This document shows positions 9,688 to 18,523 of a stretch of 64,000 bases of DNA, one piece after another (position 1 is the stretch's first letter; the number at the start of each line of letters is the position of its first letter). Under the pieces are notes generated by a model, which saw only the letters and a program-made list of their open reading frames with translations, had not been told where the DNA came from and ran no database searches. A program made the position numbers and the translations under genes. The DNA lies in contig JBHLOC010000017.1 in assembly GCA_048940925.1 (NCBI GenBank), forward strand, positions 1-64,000. Reading direction: 5' to 3'. This DNA is from Promethearchaeota archaeon. Its GTDB lineage: Archaea; Asgardarchaeota; Lokiarchaeia; Sigyniarchaeales; SOKP01.

Positions 9688-9757
9688 TGTGCGCCGATTT
9701 GGAGATTTTTACTCATCGAATTTAGACTCTTATAAAAACACTATAAATCGGCGCATA
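9688..9757. other. GC-rich stem-loop between convergent genes (terminator or structured RNA)
   Basis: TGCGCCGATTT (9690-9700) is the exact reverse complement of AAATCGGCGCA (9745-9755); inner TTTTTA/TAAAAA pairing. Confidence 0.7.
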
Positions 9758-9832
9758 TGTAATTTTAAACTTTAATATTATAAGATAAAAAAGTTACTTA
9801 AAATTATTTCATTAAACTAATACTATTCGAAA

Positions 9833-10462
9833 TTAAGTACCTTGTGAGTGTTTTTTAAGTAAATCTTCGTCAGTTTTACCCATTTTAATAGCTAATTCAG
9901 CAATTATTGCATCTAAATAACAGAAAGCTGCTTGTTCAAACATGGTCCCCTCAGGTGTAAGAGCTGCCGTGTCTCCTGATGCTTTATCTCTCTTACTCCT
10001 TCCCTTAAGCTTAATGGTTATATCTCCAACCCGACCTATTACTGTTTCTGGATGTGATGTAATAGTTACAATTCCGTATGGTTTAACAGTATTTACATAA
10101 TTATTAAGTAAACTAACAACTATACTCGTAGTCCCAGACCCAGAAAGAACAATTAAGATATCCTTTTTACTTAATGCCGGCATTGAAGCTAAATTAGTGA
10201 CAATATGCACTTCAGCTCCTAAATGAACTAACCGGGTTGCAAAACATTGCAATATAAAAGCACTCCTACCAGAGGCTAATAAAAAAAATCTACGTCTATT
10301 TATCAGCCCATCATGTAATAAATCTATGAATTTTTGAGTGTATTTGAAATTTTTGTCTAAATGGGTTATGTTAGCCTGTATATTATCTATAATCAATTCC
10401 ATAGATTGAAAGAGAATCTTCTTTGCTTCCCCATTTACAATAATTTCATTAGTTTCAGTCAT
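9833..10462 (-). CDS. hxlB: SIS-domain protein, 6-phospho-3-hexuloisomerase-like
   Basis: ASGRS, FATRLVHLG, LSGSGTT, ITSHPET, PEGTMFEQ and terminal KKH. Confidence 0.85.
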   Translation of the reverse strand: MTETNEIIVNGEAKKILFQSMELIIDNIQANITHLDKNFKYTQKFIDLLHDGLINRRRFFLLASGRSAFILQCFATRLVHLGAEVHIVTNLASMPALSKKDILIVLSGSGTTSIVVSLLNNYVNTVKPYGIVTITSHPETVIGRVGDITIKLKGRSKRDKASGDTAALTPEGTMFEQAAFCYLDAIIAELAIKMGKTDEDLLKKHSQGT

Positions 10463-10720
10463 TTTTAATAATTACACAATTTTTAAGAGGTATATTATAT
10501 ATAATCATGGAATTAAAATATACATTGTGGTTATATTAGTTTTCTTATGAAAGTTTTTAAACTCCATTATCAAGTGATTAATTTAGCTTTAAGAATATGA
10601 TAGAATTGAATTTCATCATATTCCAACTCTTTGCTATAATATAATTAATATAAAATTAAACACCAAAGTTTTATATAATATATGAAGAAGTGAATATTCA
10701 AAACTATAGTGTTGTAGATT

Positions 10721-11626
10721 GTGTCTTCACAGATTAAATTTAATTATAAATATAAAACAATTTCTATTAAACATCTAAATGAGATGCAAGAAGACATTGA
10801 CAAATTATACCGTGAAGGTAAACTCAGTAATAATGAAACGTATAGAAATTATTTAAGCAATAAAAAGTTTGAAACTCCTGAAAGCTTACCTAATGCTAAA
10901 AATGTAATAGTTATAGCGATTTTTACAAAATTAGGATTAGTTAATTTTCAATTGGATGGTAAAAAACATGAAATTATGGTACCCCCTCAATATTACGATG
11001 ATGGAATAACTTGTGAAGATTTAGACAATTTAATACTGAATAAGATAATAAAGGAACCTGGATATAAATTTGAATTGGCAGAACATGTCCATTTGAAATT
11101 AATGGCTGTAAGAAGTGGACTTGGAAAATATGGTAGAAACAATCTCTGTTATGTGGACGAATGGGGTAGTTTAATTACATTATTAGCATATTTTACTGAT
11201 TTTCCTTTCAAAGAAGATAATTGGACTGAATTAGAAATAATGGATATATGTAAAGAATGTAGAATTTGCATGAATAATTGCCCTTCAAAATGCATTACTA
11301 AATCAAATTTTGTAATTGATGTCGGTAAATGTGTTACTCTATACAATGAAATTGCAGGGGAATTTCCAACATGGATCAGCCCAGATGCGCATAATGCTTT
11401 AATAGGTTGCATGAAGTGCCAATTACCTTGCCCTGCTAATCATAAAATTATTAAACAAACAGAAAAATTGGAAGATATTTCAGAGCAAGAGACTGAAGCG
11501 ATATTGAAAGGAAAGTTTGATAATATAGTACTAGACGCTCTATGTAAAAAGCTTAAATACCCAATTACTAAAGAATTTTTTCCAATACTCAAAAGAAATC
11601 TGGAAGTTCTAATAAAGCAAACTTAA
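10721..11626 (+). CDS. QueG/reductive-dehalogenase-like cobalamin-type 2x[4Fe-4S] protein
   Basis: PESLPNAKNVIV, KLMAVRSGLGKYGRNNL, CKECRICMNNCP, CVT and GCMKCQLPCP. Confidence 0.78.
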   Translation: MSSQIKFNYKYKTISIKHLNEMQEDIDKLYREGKLSNNETYRNYLSNKKFETPESLPNAKNVIVIAIFTKLGLVNFQLDGKKHEIMVPPQYYDDGITCEDLDNLILNKIIKEPGYKFELAEHVHLKLMAVRSGLGKYGRNNLCYVDEWGSLITLLAYFTDFPFKEDNWTELEIMDICKECRICMNNCPSKCITKSNFVIDVGKCVTLYNEIAGEFPTWISPDAHNALIGCMKCQLPCPANHKIIKQTEKLEDISEQETEAILKGKFDNIVLDALCKKLKYPITKEFFPILKRNLEVLIKQT

Positions 11627-11635
11627 AAAGTTAAA

Positions 11636-11660
11636 ACTAAAAAAAAGAAAAAAAAAGATA
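11636..11660 (-). terminator. Oligo(T) archaeal terminator downstream of the histone gene
   Basis: A-tracts on + (T-tracts on -) about 30-50 nt after the histone stop codon. Confidence 0.45.
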
Positions 11661-11684
11661 TAATTATTTAATATCTAAATCTTT

Positions 11685-11903
11685 TTATTTGTATTTAATA
11701 GCCAGGAGTAGGTCATTCTTGGTTATTTTCTTTCGGTTTGCATGCATGGTAAAAGTTCTTGCTTGTTCAGTTAACCCGCTAGCAGTTTTTTCTAAATGAT
11801 CAATTAATAAATCAACAGCATTTCGAGCTACGATTGAGGCGCCTTGTTGTTTCATTAATCTCCTAATCGGTGACCATGCAAAAGAATGCTTTTTCTTTGC
11901 CAT
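11685..11903 (-). CDS. Archaeal histone (HMf family)
   Basis: 72 aa; SPIRRLMK, IVARNA, HANRKKITKNDLLLA histone-fold pattern; GGAGGA Shine-Dalgarno at 11911-11916. Confidence 0.95.
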   Translation of the reverse strand: MAKKKHSFAWSPIRRLMKQQGASIVARNAVDLLIDHLEKTASGLTEQARTFTMHANRKKITKNDLLLAIKYK

Positions 11904-12099
11904 AATTCATTCCTCCAATTTTTTTAAATTATTTTTTGAGAATTTAGATTTTTAATTTTTTTTAAGATTATTTTTAGAGTTTCTTAGATAATATAATATC
12001 TGAAGAGTTATTTAAATGTTATGGCAAATCAGAAGACTATGAAGAATTAAATGAAAAAAAAATTGCGACAAAAAATTTTGGTTTCAAATAAGGAGTCTT

Positions 12100-12475
12100 C
12101 ATTTATGATCATTCAATAGCTGATCAGTCGAAAATAATGAACTAATTTTTTTAGGATGATAATTATTCAAAGATTCATTATGCTGAAATGGTTTTTTAAA
12201 TATTTATTATTATAATTCATTGGCGAATTAGTAAATATAAAGTGAAATAAAGTTATCCTTAATGAATGCCTTATCATCACTTGTATGATCATTTCATAGT
12301 CAACCATTCAAAAAAGATGAAGTTATTTTTATAATATTATAATTATTCGGATGGTTATTTTGAGTGATTTTTCCATAATATAGGTTTAATAATGATTCAA
12401 AGGGGAATTATAAAATTTTTAAGTGAAAAAAATCATGCCCATATAAGTATCAAATGATCAATTATATGATCATGT
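12100..12475. repeat. Degenerate tandem repeat, period ~180 bp, about 2 units, each boundary marked by TATGATCAT
   Basis: TATGATCAT at 12104, 12284 and 12465. 12101-12180 vs 12281-12360 match at 55/80 positions without gaps (hand count). Confidence 0.7.
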
Positions 12476-12633
12476 AAGTTAAGGTATAAGAGAATTTAGA
12501 AGTAAAAATAGATTTCAATCTAGGAATCATATGCATAATTGTAATATAAAAGGTTTATACAGTCATTGAAGATTAAAATTCTACTTCATTTGAAATAAAT
12601 AGTAAGTAAAAAAGTTATTCAAAAATAGAAGAT

Positions 12634-13404
12634 TTAGAAAAAGAAATAACTTAAATATAGATAAAGAGGATATCCAAAGAATACAATGCATATACCAAAA
12701 CTGATAAATGGTAAGAAATCTGTCAAAATTTTATCCAATAATGATTTTTCAGCATGTTCTAGTGGTTTGGTTTTATTTTGCTTTTTTTCAGCTTTTCTTT
12801 TTATACTTAATAATGTAATAGTGAAACCAAAAAAGCTAATAAGAATACTAAAATAAAATTGAATTTCTTTTAACGATGAGATTCTGTCTAATTGAATAGA
12901 TCTAACAATACTATCCATAACATCAGTTTCAAAAAAGATTGTAAATGGTTTTGTATTTTCGCCATACTCATTAATTAAGATATCATAAGTAAAATTAAAA
13001 CTAAAATAATTTTCGTCATATAGATCAGTAATATAACGTTCTGTAATAATATCAGGGTTATTTTTAAAATCAGAATAATCATTGATGCCACTTCTATCTT
13101 CAATTTCTAATGGTGTCATAGCATTTTCAATAATAAATTTGTAAATTGTATTATTTCCTTCCTCTACACTCATTAAGCCGTCATTCACCATAGCTCCAAT
13201 ATACCAATCCATTGATTTTAAATTATAATGTAAACTATATGCTTCCCAGTTTAAATCTTCGCATACTTTAATTACGCTCTGAAGTTCATCAATATGATGA
13301 TTTTCTTTATCTAATTCATTGTTAACATTACCAGTTAAAAAACCAGTTATAGGTAAGAGCATTACGGAAATAATCATGATCAGAATCTTATTTAGATCTG
13401 TCAT
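12634..13404 (-). CDS. Hypothetical membrane protein (N-terminal TM, extracellular domain, two C-terminal TMs)
   Basis: Three hydrophobic segments; overlaps the stop of the upstream ORF. Confidence 0.7.
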   Translation of the reverse strand: MTDLNKILIMIISVMLLPITGFLTGNVNNELDKENHHIDELQSVIKVCEDLNWEAYSLHYNLKSMDWYIGAMVNDGLMSVEEGNNTIYKFIIENAMTPLEIEDRSGINDYSDFKNNPDIITERYITDLYDENYFSFNFTYDILINEYGENTKPFTIFFETDVMDSIVRSIQLDRISSLKEIQFYFSILISFFGFTITLLSIKRKAEKKQNKTKPLEHAEKSLLDKILTDFLPFISFGICIVFFGYPLYLYLSYFFF

Positions 13405-14357
13405 AAAATTTGGAACCTCTTTTTATAATTTATATAAATTAAACCAATAGTAGCTATACCTATTATCCCTAAGATAATAACTAATCCATAACTATCAATG
13501 CCTGCTTCTGGATGGAGTTCAACTTCATTTTGATAGTAGAAAGTAATATTATCCTCATTTTTAAAAGAAATATAAATTAAATTGCTAGATTGATTGTGGA
13601 ACTGGGCATAAATAGAATAATTTTTTATGCACTTTCTTGAAAAAACAATAACATTCTCATCTAACAATGAAATATTCTGAGGATTCAATGATGTAATAAT
13701 TTCCTCTAGATATGAATCCACTGGTCTTGCCAAAGGAAATCTTTTTAGCACCATTTTATAAATGAATTCAGAAGCACTGAAATTATCTATTTTTAAGTAT
13801 GAGTAGTTAATTAAAGCTTGAATTTCTTCATATACTTCTGAGATTTTGACAGGATTCTGAAGGATAGGGAATTTAACATTTTCAAAATCTGGATCAGTAT
13901 CAAATGAATTGTTAGAAAAATCCCAAATATCTCGTGTAATACTCCAAACATCCCATTTACGACCAATTTCATCACGAGCTTGTTTTATCAAATCTTTATC
14001 TGCAACATCAAAAGTTATTCCATATAAGCTTTCTATCATGTCAAATACATCAATTGAACTATTTTCAAGAGCTTTATTAGAATGTCTACATTGATAGTAG
14101 ATTTTATCGGAATTTAGTCCAAATAGGTCGATAGGACTACTATCATTACCAAAAATGTCAGTCCAAATAGATTCATTATAATTCTTTATTTTTAAGTAAT
14201 CATTCGCAGCGATTTGTGGTTTTTGATAACCGAAAGGTGGTTCATATGGAGTTTCATCATGAGGAGACGGAGCGATATTGGAGTAAATTAGATACCCAAT
14301 AATAGCTGCTCCAATGACACCACCTAATATTAACCCTATTACTTTTTTTTTAGCCAT
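13401..14357 (-). CDS. Hypothetical surface protein with N-terminal signal/anchor and Loki-CTERM-like C-terminal anchor
   Basis: N-terminal MAKKK plus hydrophobic run; many N-x-S/T sequons; ends GIDSYGLVIILGIIGIATIGLIYINYKKR. Confidence 0.72.
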   Translation of the reverse strand: MAKKKVIGLILGGVIGAAIIGYLIYSNIAPSPHDETPYEPPFGYQKPQIAANDYLKIKNYNESIWTDIFGNDSSPIDLFGLNSDKIYYQCRHSNKALENSSIDVFDMIESLYGITFDVADKDLIKQARDEIGRKWDVWSITRDIWDFSNNSFDTDPDFENVKFPILQNPVKISEVYEEIQALINYSYLKIDNFSASEFIYKMVLKRFPLARPVDSYLEEIITSLNPQNISLLDENVIVFSRKCIKNYSIYAQFHNQSSNLIYISFKNEDNITFYYQNEVELHPEAGIDSYGLVIILGIIGIATIGLIYINYKKRFQIL

Positions 14358-14638
14358 TATAAATCTACTATATTAATTTTTTTTTACATTGGAATTTTTT
14401 CTAATTAAATTCGCAGAAATATATATAAGCTAATTTTATATTTAGGATATATTTAACTTTTATGTTAAATAGAAGATGAAAAATTATAGCTGTTGATAAA
14501 GAAAAACAAAACCAATATTATTTAACGTAAAGGGTTAAATTTTATAATTTAAAACACAAATTTTAATTAATTCTTTTTATTTATATTATCAAAATAAACT
14601 TATTAACTCAATAAATTAAATTTGAAAAGGTAAATCTG

Positions 14639-15256
14639 ATGTCCGAAGCAATAATGGTTCCTGGAGCTGCCTCGGTTGGTTTAAAATGCAAAGATGGTGT
14701 AGTTTTAGGAAGTGATCGACGAGCAACATGGGGCTATACAGTAACTAATAAAATGACAAGAAAGGTTTTTAAGATTACAGAATATATAGGTATGGCATGC
14801 TATGGTCTTATCGGAGATTTTCAGATCCTTGTAAAAATTTTACGAGCGCAAGCAAACCTGTATCTATTAGACGCGGGGGAACGTATATCTACTAAAAGCA
14901 TGGGAAAGATGGTTTCAAATTATCTTTACTCTCGTAAGATGATGCCATTATTAACTAATTTAGTTGTAGCGGGTATGGATAAGGATGGTCCAAAGTTATA
15001 TACATTAGATGCACTTGGAAGTTTAATGCCTGACGATTATGGAACAACTGGAACTGGAATGCTATTATCAATTGGTATTTTAGAAGCAGAGTACAAACCT
15101 GATATGACTGTTGCTGCTGGAGAAAAACTGGTTGAGAAAGCAATCCGTAATGCAATTAAGCGGGATGTCATGTCTGGGAATGGGTTAGATCTTCTGACAA
15201 TAACAGAAAAAGGAGCAGAAGAGAAATACTTTGAAATAAAGGAAATAGGAGAATAA
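14639..15256 (+). CDS. psmB: 20S proteasome beta subunit lacking catalytic Thr1
   Basis: VGLKCKDGVVLGSDRRAT, KVFKI, GLIGDFQ, GPKLYTLDALGS, RDVMSGNG; PG|AAS where active subunits have TG|TTT. Confidence 0.93.
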   Translation: MSEAIMVPGAASVGLKCKDGVVLGSDRRATWGYTVTNKMTRKVFKITEYIGMACYGLIGDFQILVKILRAQANLYLLDAGERISTKSMGKMVSNYLYSRKMMPLLTNLVVAGMDKDGPKLYTLDALGSLMPDDYGTTGTGMLLSIGILEAEYKPDMTVAAGEKLVEKAIRNAIKRDVMSGNGLDLLTITEKGAEEKYFEIKEIGE

Positions 15257-15370
15257 CTTTTTTTTTACGTATTCTAAAACTATAATAGAATTGATTTCCT
15301 TTAAATCATTAATAATTTATTATAAGAATTCTTTCTCATTATATGGATTAGAGGCTCTATTACAGGTTAG

Positions 15371-17428
15371 ATGATGTTGAAATTATCCAAAAATTCTTTT
15401 AGCGACCCTCGGGAGATCAAAACTTATACGAAAGATGAAATATTAAAAATTAAAGATACTTTAAAAGAATTCAAATCGAAAAAAGTTGAAGAATCAGAGA
15501 TTAATGAATATATTGAATCAAATTTAAAATTATCATCAAGTGTTTTAAATATATATTCTGAGTATTTAGAAAGAATAAGTATTTTCTTAGATTCATATAT
15601 TTTTAACTCAGAAGAGAAAGAAGATCTAGGATTATTTTACCATGTAAAGTCTGAAATACTTAAAGAATTAAATGAAATAATCCAAAACCTACAAAATGCA
15701 AATTCAAATTGTTCGAATATTAAAAGACTTATTAAAAACAGTAATGTTTATCTAAATGATTTAATATCGCGAACAATAGAACTACTTCGGAAGAGTAATG
15801 AGATCGCATCTGATATAATAAATTCATTAAAAGAAATTAATATTGCCTACGAGGATATAATTTATTTATGGATTGAAATAAATAAAATTAAGAATCTTAA
15901 TTTCAAATTAAACGAATTACCTGATAACCTAAAAAAATGGGATGAATTTAAAGAATTTTTTACCTTTATCGAGAGCTTACATGAAGTAGGGTTAAAAAAA
16001 AGAAAAAGAGATAAAAAGGAGTTACTATTAACGGTTCATTTCGATGAAATCAATCAATATTTTTTATCGATGAATGAGAAGGATATAAGATTTTATTTTG
16101 ATTTAGTTTATCTCTTAGATAAAAATAAAATCATAGAAACATATCAAGGAGATGAATTTATTAATATACTTGAAAGGAAAGAAGTAATTGAAAATCTTAA
16201 GAAATTTATAAAACCCTTTCTAAAAGATATAGTTTTGGAGAAATTACATGATATAATTATAGAAATTAATGAATTAGATATTAGAGAGAAAGAAATAGAA
16301 ATCAACTCTGAAATACTTAAAACTCAGAAAATTCGTATTTTTTTACCAAAAATAGTGGATTATTATATTCAAGGATTAGAAAAGAAATTTCAAGAAAAGA
16401 TTCAAGACATTGAAGAATCAGAAGAGTTTGAAAAAATCACAAGCTTTTACTATGCGAAAATTGATGAATTTTATTCAAAAATCCAAAAAATCGAAGATTG
16501 GGTATTATCAATAGAAACCCTACTTAAACCTTATGAAAATATTACAGATCCATATAGAAAGATCTTTTCAAATATAACTTCTGAAATAGTTCGTAGGAAA
16601 AATGATTATTTAACATTTATCAAAACTGTTGAGGATGAAGAGATAAGAGTTGATATTAGAAAATTTGTAAGTGAAAAAATTTCAGAAGTTAACAAATTGA
16701 TCAGAAACTATGAAGATGAAGCATCAGTTATTATTAAAGAAGAGTTTCCTCAATTAAAAACAATTAGAGAAATGTTAAATGAGTATAGTGGAAAAATTCA
16801 GCAAATAAAAGAAAATGTATATAAGAGATTAGATTCATTTAAAACGCATGATATTGATCTTTATCAAGTGATAAAACTTTGGGAAGATAATTTTAATCGC
16901 AAAAGGCAGCAATTAACCTTTCTTATATCTCTTTTGATAAATAAGCTATTGAAAAACTTTAAAGAGCTACTTGATAAAGAAGGAATCTTATTTGCCACAA
17001 TCACCGAAATAACAGAGCAAACTGAAAATTTTGATCAATTACCTCTAAATTTTGCATTATCTGCTTATTTAGCAGAGAAACTAAGTGAGGATGAATTAAA
17101 GGAAAGAATCTCTGAATTACAATCAAAGATAAATCAGTTAAATAATTCCTTAGGGCTTTATCAAGTAGAATTATCAAAATTAGAAAAAATTTTGTCAAAC
17201 CGTGTCCGTATGAGCAAAGGTATATCAAGATCAGATGTTCAATGTACAGTTTGCCATAAATACATTAATTTTGTCAAAGATAAGATTATTACATGCCCAT
17301 TCTGCGCTAGCACATATCATTATCTTTGTGTAGCATTTTGGCTTTCTGAACATAATTCATGTCCGATGTGTCAAAACTCTTTCTTAGAACCTTATTCCGA
17401 AATGTTTGAAAATGAAGATAATCTATAA
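15371..17428 (+). CDS. Long helical/coiled-coil protein with C-terminal C4HC3 RING finger (putative E3 ligase)
   Basis: C-terminal CTVC-x13-CPFC-x4-H-YL-C-VAFWL-x5-CPMC. Confidence 0.8.
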   Translation: MMLKLSKNSFSDPREIKTYTKDEILKIKDTLKEFKSKKVEESEINEYIESNLKLSSSVLNIYSEYLERISIFLDSYIFNSEEKEDLGLFYHVKSEILKELNEIIQNLQNANSNCSNIKRLIKNSNVYLNDLISRTIELLRKSNEIASDIINSLKEINIAYEDIIYLWIEINKIKNLNFKLNELPDNLKKWDEFKEFFTFIESLHEVGLKKRKRDKKELLLTVHFDEINQYFLSMNEKDIRFYFDLVYLLDKNKIIETYQGDEFINILERKEVIENLKKFIKPFLKDIVLEKLHDIIIEINELDIREKEIEINSEILKTQKIRIFLPKIVDYYIQGLEKKFQEKIQDIEESEEFEKITSFYYAKIDEFYSKIQKIEDWVLSIETLLKPYENITDPYRKIFSNITSEIVRRKNDYLTFIKTVEDEEIRVDIRKFVSEKISEVNKLIRNYEDEASVIIKEEFPQLKTIREMLNEYSGKIQQIKENVYKRLDSFKTHDIDLYQVIKLWEDNFNRKRQQLTFLISLLINKLLKNFKELLDKEGILFATITEITEQTENFDQLPLNFALSAYLAEKLSEDELKERISELQSKINQLNNSLGLYQVELSKLEKILSNRVRMSKGISRSDVQCTVCHKYINFVKDKIITCPFCASTYHYLCVAFWLSEHNSCPMCQNSFLEPYSEMFENEDNL

Positions 17429-17452
17429 TGATTTAATTTTGAAATTAAAAAT

Positions 17453-17719
17453 CTATTTTTCTATTTTTAAAAAGCTTGATACTTCATTTCCACGAACGGA
17501 AAAGTTAGAATCTATAAATATTGTTAGTGCGTGTAAAGGAATATCATTATTAGTATGACAATGGATATATCTTAAAGGCCAATGGGTTATTTTCGATGTA
17601 TCTATTTTTAGAATATCGATATCTCTTCCATATATTTTCTTTTTACATACCGGGCAAATAGTAAGTAATTTTCGAAATAAAAAGGGGTGAATTCTGGAAT
17701 CTGAAAGTTTTTCTTTCAT
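17453..17719 (-). CDS. Small putative Zn-binding protein (CPxC...HCH...H, FIDSNFSVRG)
   Basis: Pattern resembles a small-protein family seen repeatedly in Lokiarchaeia (from memory, not searched). Confidence 0.65.
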   Translation of the reverse strand: MKEKLSDSRIHPFLFRKLLTICPVCKKKIYGRDIDILKIDTSKITHWPLRYIHCHTNNDIPLHALTIFIDSNFSVRGNEVSSFLKIEK

Positions 17720-17814
17720 GAAAATCAGGAAAAATTAAATTCTCAAATATAACGATCCTATTTTTTTAAGGATTAGATAACGAACTATAATAAAATTTCT
17801 TAATAATATTGAGA

Positions 17815-18474
17815 TCATACAACTGGGGGAACTATTATTATGCTAATCATTAAATAAATTCCAAATATTATCATAAAAACCCCGCAAGCTATTAACATAT
17901 ATTTATAGATTTTTGGATTTATTCTCTTTCCTCCAAAATAAACAAACATAGAGATAGGTAAATACCAGATAATATCTCCAAGTTCATGGCCTATGAAAAA
18001 AAGGAGTATCCCTATAGGATTTTTAAAGCTAATATTAAAGGAAATCATAAGGCTTAAGCCAATGACTGCCCACCAAAATTCCCAATAAGGATTACTTAAG
18101 CTAACAATAATTCCTCCTAAAAAGCTATTACCTTTATATCCTTTAAAGCTATTATCTTCAAGGTTAAAATCTAAATTAAAATCAGTATTAAATACATTCT
18201 TTATAACTAGGAATCCAAATATAACTAAAAAAAAACTCCCTATAACTCCAATTATACTTAAAAATAAAATATTTTGAAAAAAAAGCGTTGCACCGGCTAA
18301 TAATGCCATTATTAAAAAGAATTCGATTGTAGCGTGTCCTAAAACAATAAAAATACCTGCTAAATATCCTCTCTTTTGTCTTATGGACTTATAGATTGTA
18401 AAAGTCAATAATGGTCCGGGTGATAATGCACCTGTTAAAGCAACAATAAAAGAAATGAAAAAAATTTGAATCAT
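17815..18474 (-). CDS. LysE-family translocator
   Basis: ALTGALSPGPL, GHATIE, SLSNPYWEFWW; six TM segments. Confidence 0.9.
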   Translation of the reverse strand: MIQIFFISFIVALTGALSPGPLLTFTIYKSIRQKRGYLAGIFIVLGHATIEFFLIMALLAGATLFFQNILFLSIIGVIGSFFLVIFGFLVIKNVFNTDFNLDFNLEDNSFKGYKGNSFLGGIIVSLSNPYWEFWWAVIGLSLMISFNISFKNPIGILLFFIGHELGDIIWYLPISMFVYFGGKRINPKIYKYMLIACGVFMIIFGIYLMISIIIVPPVV

Positions 18475-18523
18475 AATTATGAATGCGAATTTAAGGATTT
18501 ATTCTCTGTTTAAAATGAACAAA

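Noticed and set aside
9688-9757. Hairpin as a Lokiarchaeal/eukaryote-type SECIS element
   Set aside because: The AUGA lies on the 3' arm rather than the 5' arm, and neither flanking gene shows an in-frame UGA.
11685-11903. Eukaryote-like histone tail
   Set aside because: The MAKKKH extension is only a few residues, too short to call a true tail.
11904-12633. CRISPR array, tRNA or hidden CDS in the long intergenic region
   Set aside because: No identical 24-47-bp repeats with spacers, no cloverleaf, no ORF of 60 codons or more in the track; only the degenerate 180-bp repeat is supported.
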